Of a stretch of 64,000 nucleotides of DNA, positions 62,068 to 64,000 are shown in pieces; the stretch's first letter is position 1, and every line of letters begins with the position of its first letter. Source of the DNA: an uncultured virus (IMG/VR IMGVR_UViG_3300028886_000081) (lineage: Duplodnaviria > Heunggongvirae > Uroviricota > Caudoviricetes); the IMG/VR virus record IMGVR_UViG_3300028886_000081; one strand, 5' to 3'. The notes under the pieces are model-generated. The model was not told where the DNA came from, did not search any database, and saw only the letters and a program-made list of their open reading frames with translations. A program made the position numbers and the translations under genes.

Positions 62068-62418
62068 ATGAATAAAATCTGTACAAGTCAAGAACAATCT
62101 CAAAAACTCGCAGAGTTGGGAATTGACAGAAAAACATCCGATATGTATTATTGGTGCGGTTCAGGCCTTAGAATCGGTGGGTATAAAGCACAGGAAGAAG
62201 AATTTGATATTCCTGCTTGGAGTCTTACTGCTTTACTTGATGTTTTACCTGATGAGTTGGAAGAAGGATATTATCTTACATTGTTTAAAGAAGGTAAGGA
62301 ATACTGTTGTTGTTACGAGGATAATAACGGAGATAGTTTCAAGCATACATTTGCAGATAATCCTATAGATGCCTGTTATGAAATGATACTGAAGTTGAAG
62401 GAATTAAAATTGTTGTAA
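62068..62418 (+). CDS. EQSQKL/WSLTALL-family hypothetical protein
   Basis: Paralog of 13647. Confidence 0.8.
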   Translation: MNKICTSQEQSQKLAELGIDRKTSDMYYWCGSGLRIGGYKAQEEEFDIPAWSLTALLDVLPDELEEGYYLTLFKEGKEYCCCYEDNNGDSFKHTFADNPIDACYEMILKLKELKLL

Positions 62419-62420
62419 TT

Positions 62421-63215
62421 ATGAAAGAACTTAGTGTAGAAGAAAAAGCAAAAAGATATGATGAGGCTAAAATAAATGGCTCAAGGCTTTGGGAATGTGG
62501 TGAGATTACAAGGACAAACTATGAATACATCTTCCCCGAACCCACAGAAAGCGAGGATGAGAAGATAAGGAAGGCTCTTGTTGAACATATTAAGGGTATA
62601 TACAAAGGCTCTTGCACAGAAGAAATGTGTAAAGAAAGAGATATGTTTCTTGCTTGGCTTGAAAAGCATAAGTACACAGAAGATGATTTGGATAAGGCAT
62701 ACAAGTGCGCCGACGAAGTACAGTACAGACGTGGCTATGAAGATGCCAAAAAAGAGATTGAAAAGCCTCAGTCATCTTCTCCTATATCGTATGGTATAAA
62801 ATTAGAGAAAAGAATGAATGAAGCCTGTAATAGATTCTTTGCTCCAAATACAGATGTTAATAGGTATAGTGCTTCCGATTTGTTTTATGCCGGCGTTAAA
62901 GCAGAGCGTGACCTTAATATGCCTGTTTGGAATGAAGATGATGAAAAATTATTCAGCAGAATTTCCGGAATTATTCATAATGCTGCTTATCAGAATTACG
63001 ACCTTGACGTAAACGGAGAAGAAGTTGGTGAATATGCAAATATAATGAGATGGTTCAAATCTCTCAAAGAAAGAGTACAGCCACAAGTTAAACAAGAGTG
63101 GAAGCCGACTGATGAGCAGATAAATACACTTTTCAAATATTCCGAACAGAACAACAAAGATGGTAGTATATTAACATCACTTTATAACGAATTGAAGAAA
63201 CTTAGGGGGGAATAG
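62421..63215 (+). CDS. Modular family protein (EEKAKRYD / ESEDEKIRK / WKPTDEQ)
   Basis: Family motifs. Confidence 0.85.
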   Translation: MKELSVEEKAKRYDEAKINGSRLWECGEITRTNYEYIFPEPTESEDEKIRKALVEHIKGIYKGSCTEEMCKERDMFLAWLEKHKYTEDDLDKAYKCADEVQYRRGYEDAKKEIEKPQSSSPISYGIKLEKRMNEACNRFFAPNTDVNRYSASDLFYAGVKAERDLNMPVWNEDDEKLFSRISGIIHNAAYQNYDLDVNGEEVGEYANIMRWFKSLKERVQPQVKQEWKPTDEQINTLFKYSEQNNKDGSILTSLYNELKKLRGE

Positions 63216-63217
63216 TT

Positions 63218-63580
63218 ATGAGGGCAAAGGTTATAAAAACAGGAGAAATAGTAGATGTTTATCACGAGCCACAGCACGGACAAATAACTAATATCTACAA
63301 GGAATCTGTATTTGTTAATGGTCGTATGTGGACAGAAGATGAACTTGATTTTTCTGTGAAAGCAAACAAAGCACCGGAGAAGATATACCTCAATCCTCTT
63401 CTTATGGAAGATGGGGAAAGCATTGTTAGACGATGTACTTTTGATAGACAAAGGGATAGTCAGATTGAATATACCCGTACAGATGCCTTTATTGAGAAGG
63501 CTTGTGATTTTATTAGTAGTCTAAGACGGTTAGATGATGATGTAATTGAAGATTTTAGAAAGTATATGAAAGGAGAGTAA
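63218..63580 (+). CDS. PEKIY/IEYTRTDA-family hypothetical protein
   Basis: Paralog of 11696. Confidence 0.8.
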   Translation: MRAKVIKTGEIVDVYHEPQHGQITNIYKESVFVNGRMWTEDELDFSVKANKAPEKIYLNPLLMEDGESIVRRCTFDRQRDSQIEYTRTDAFIEKACDFISSLRRLDDDVIEDFRKYMKGE

Positions 63581-63583
63581 GGT

Positions 63584-63778
63584 ATGAAAGAAGTATTTTT
63601 GACAAAGGGTGCACCTAAATGGATGCCTTTTCATTTGATTTTCTTTAAGAACGCAGATTACTTAATCTTGCCTTGTATTTCTTATGTTAAGAAGAACAAG
63701 GCTAAGTATTTAGGAAGTGAAATAGTATTTGGTTTTCTTCGTTGGAGGATGAGTATTTATTTTCATAATGGCAATTAA
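63584..63778 (+). CDS. Hypothetical protein
   Basis: 64 aa ORF. Confidence 0.6.
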   Translation: MKEVFLTKGAPKWMPFHLIFFKNADYLILPCISYVKKNKAKYLGSEIVFGFLRWRMSIYFHNGN

Positions 63779-63782
63779 AATT

Positions 63783-64000
63783 ATGGCACACTACATACCA
63801 AAAGACGCTTTAGTAGCTGAGATAGATAAGCTAATAGATGAACCGGCACCTTTGCATGACCAACAATGCAGTTGGGAAGATGGTTATTATTGTGGCTTGT
63901 ATAAAGCTGAAAGTATTATTGACACCCTTGAAGTAAAAGAGGATAATCTGCTTACTGAACAGAAAATTGAAAAAGAACTTGCTGAAATATATCTTAGTAT
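63783..64000 (+). CDS. YIxKxALVAEI-family protein (runs off window edge)
   Basis: MAHYIPKDALVAEID..DTLEVKE. Confidence 0.75.
   Translation, partial: MAHYIPKDALVAEIDKLIDEPAPLHDQQCSWEDGYYCGLYKAESIIDTLEVKEDNLLTEQKIEKELAEIYLS

Overview
AT-rich segment of a large (jumbo-like) phage of a Bacteroidota host, probably Prevotella-like. It carries many copies of the Bacteroidota promoter (TTTG..N..TAnnTTTG) and reads in the standard genetic code. No capsid, tail, terminase or polymerase genes are recognisable, so this looks like the accessory/early region. Genes run leftward from about 41.6 kb and rightward from about 41.8 kb, and both outer arms carry the same shuffled paralog families. Recognisable items: six pentapeptide-repeat paralogs, two VDLGLPSG-domain proteins, three DNA methyltransferase-type genes (a Dam-family MTase, an N4/N6 MTase and a probable type IIG RM fusion), a NUMOD4-HNH nuclease, an IS200/IS605-family tnpB element, a DUF932-type protein and tRNA-Ile(UAU). 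The most unusual observations are: (1) a promoter-driven, exon-less ~470 nt RNA with group I intron core architecture but an altered P7/J8-7, sitting as the leader of the tRNA; (2) a 7-copy promoter-driven small RNA candidate with a covarying hairpin; (3) a host DNA block (T9SS tails, MTase, truncated AlwI/PleI-like nuclease) that splits a phage gene; (4) three RD[RK]P micro-ORFs; (5) repeated promoter cassettes fused to gene stops, plus an oriented 16-bp palindrome. All family calls come from motif recognition by eye, not database searches.
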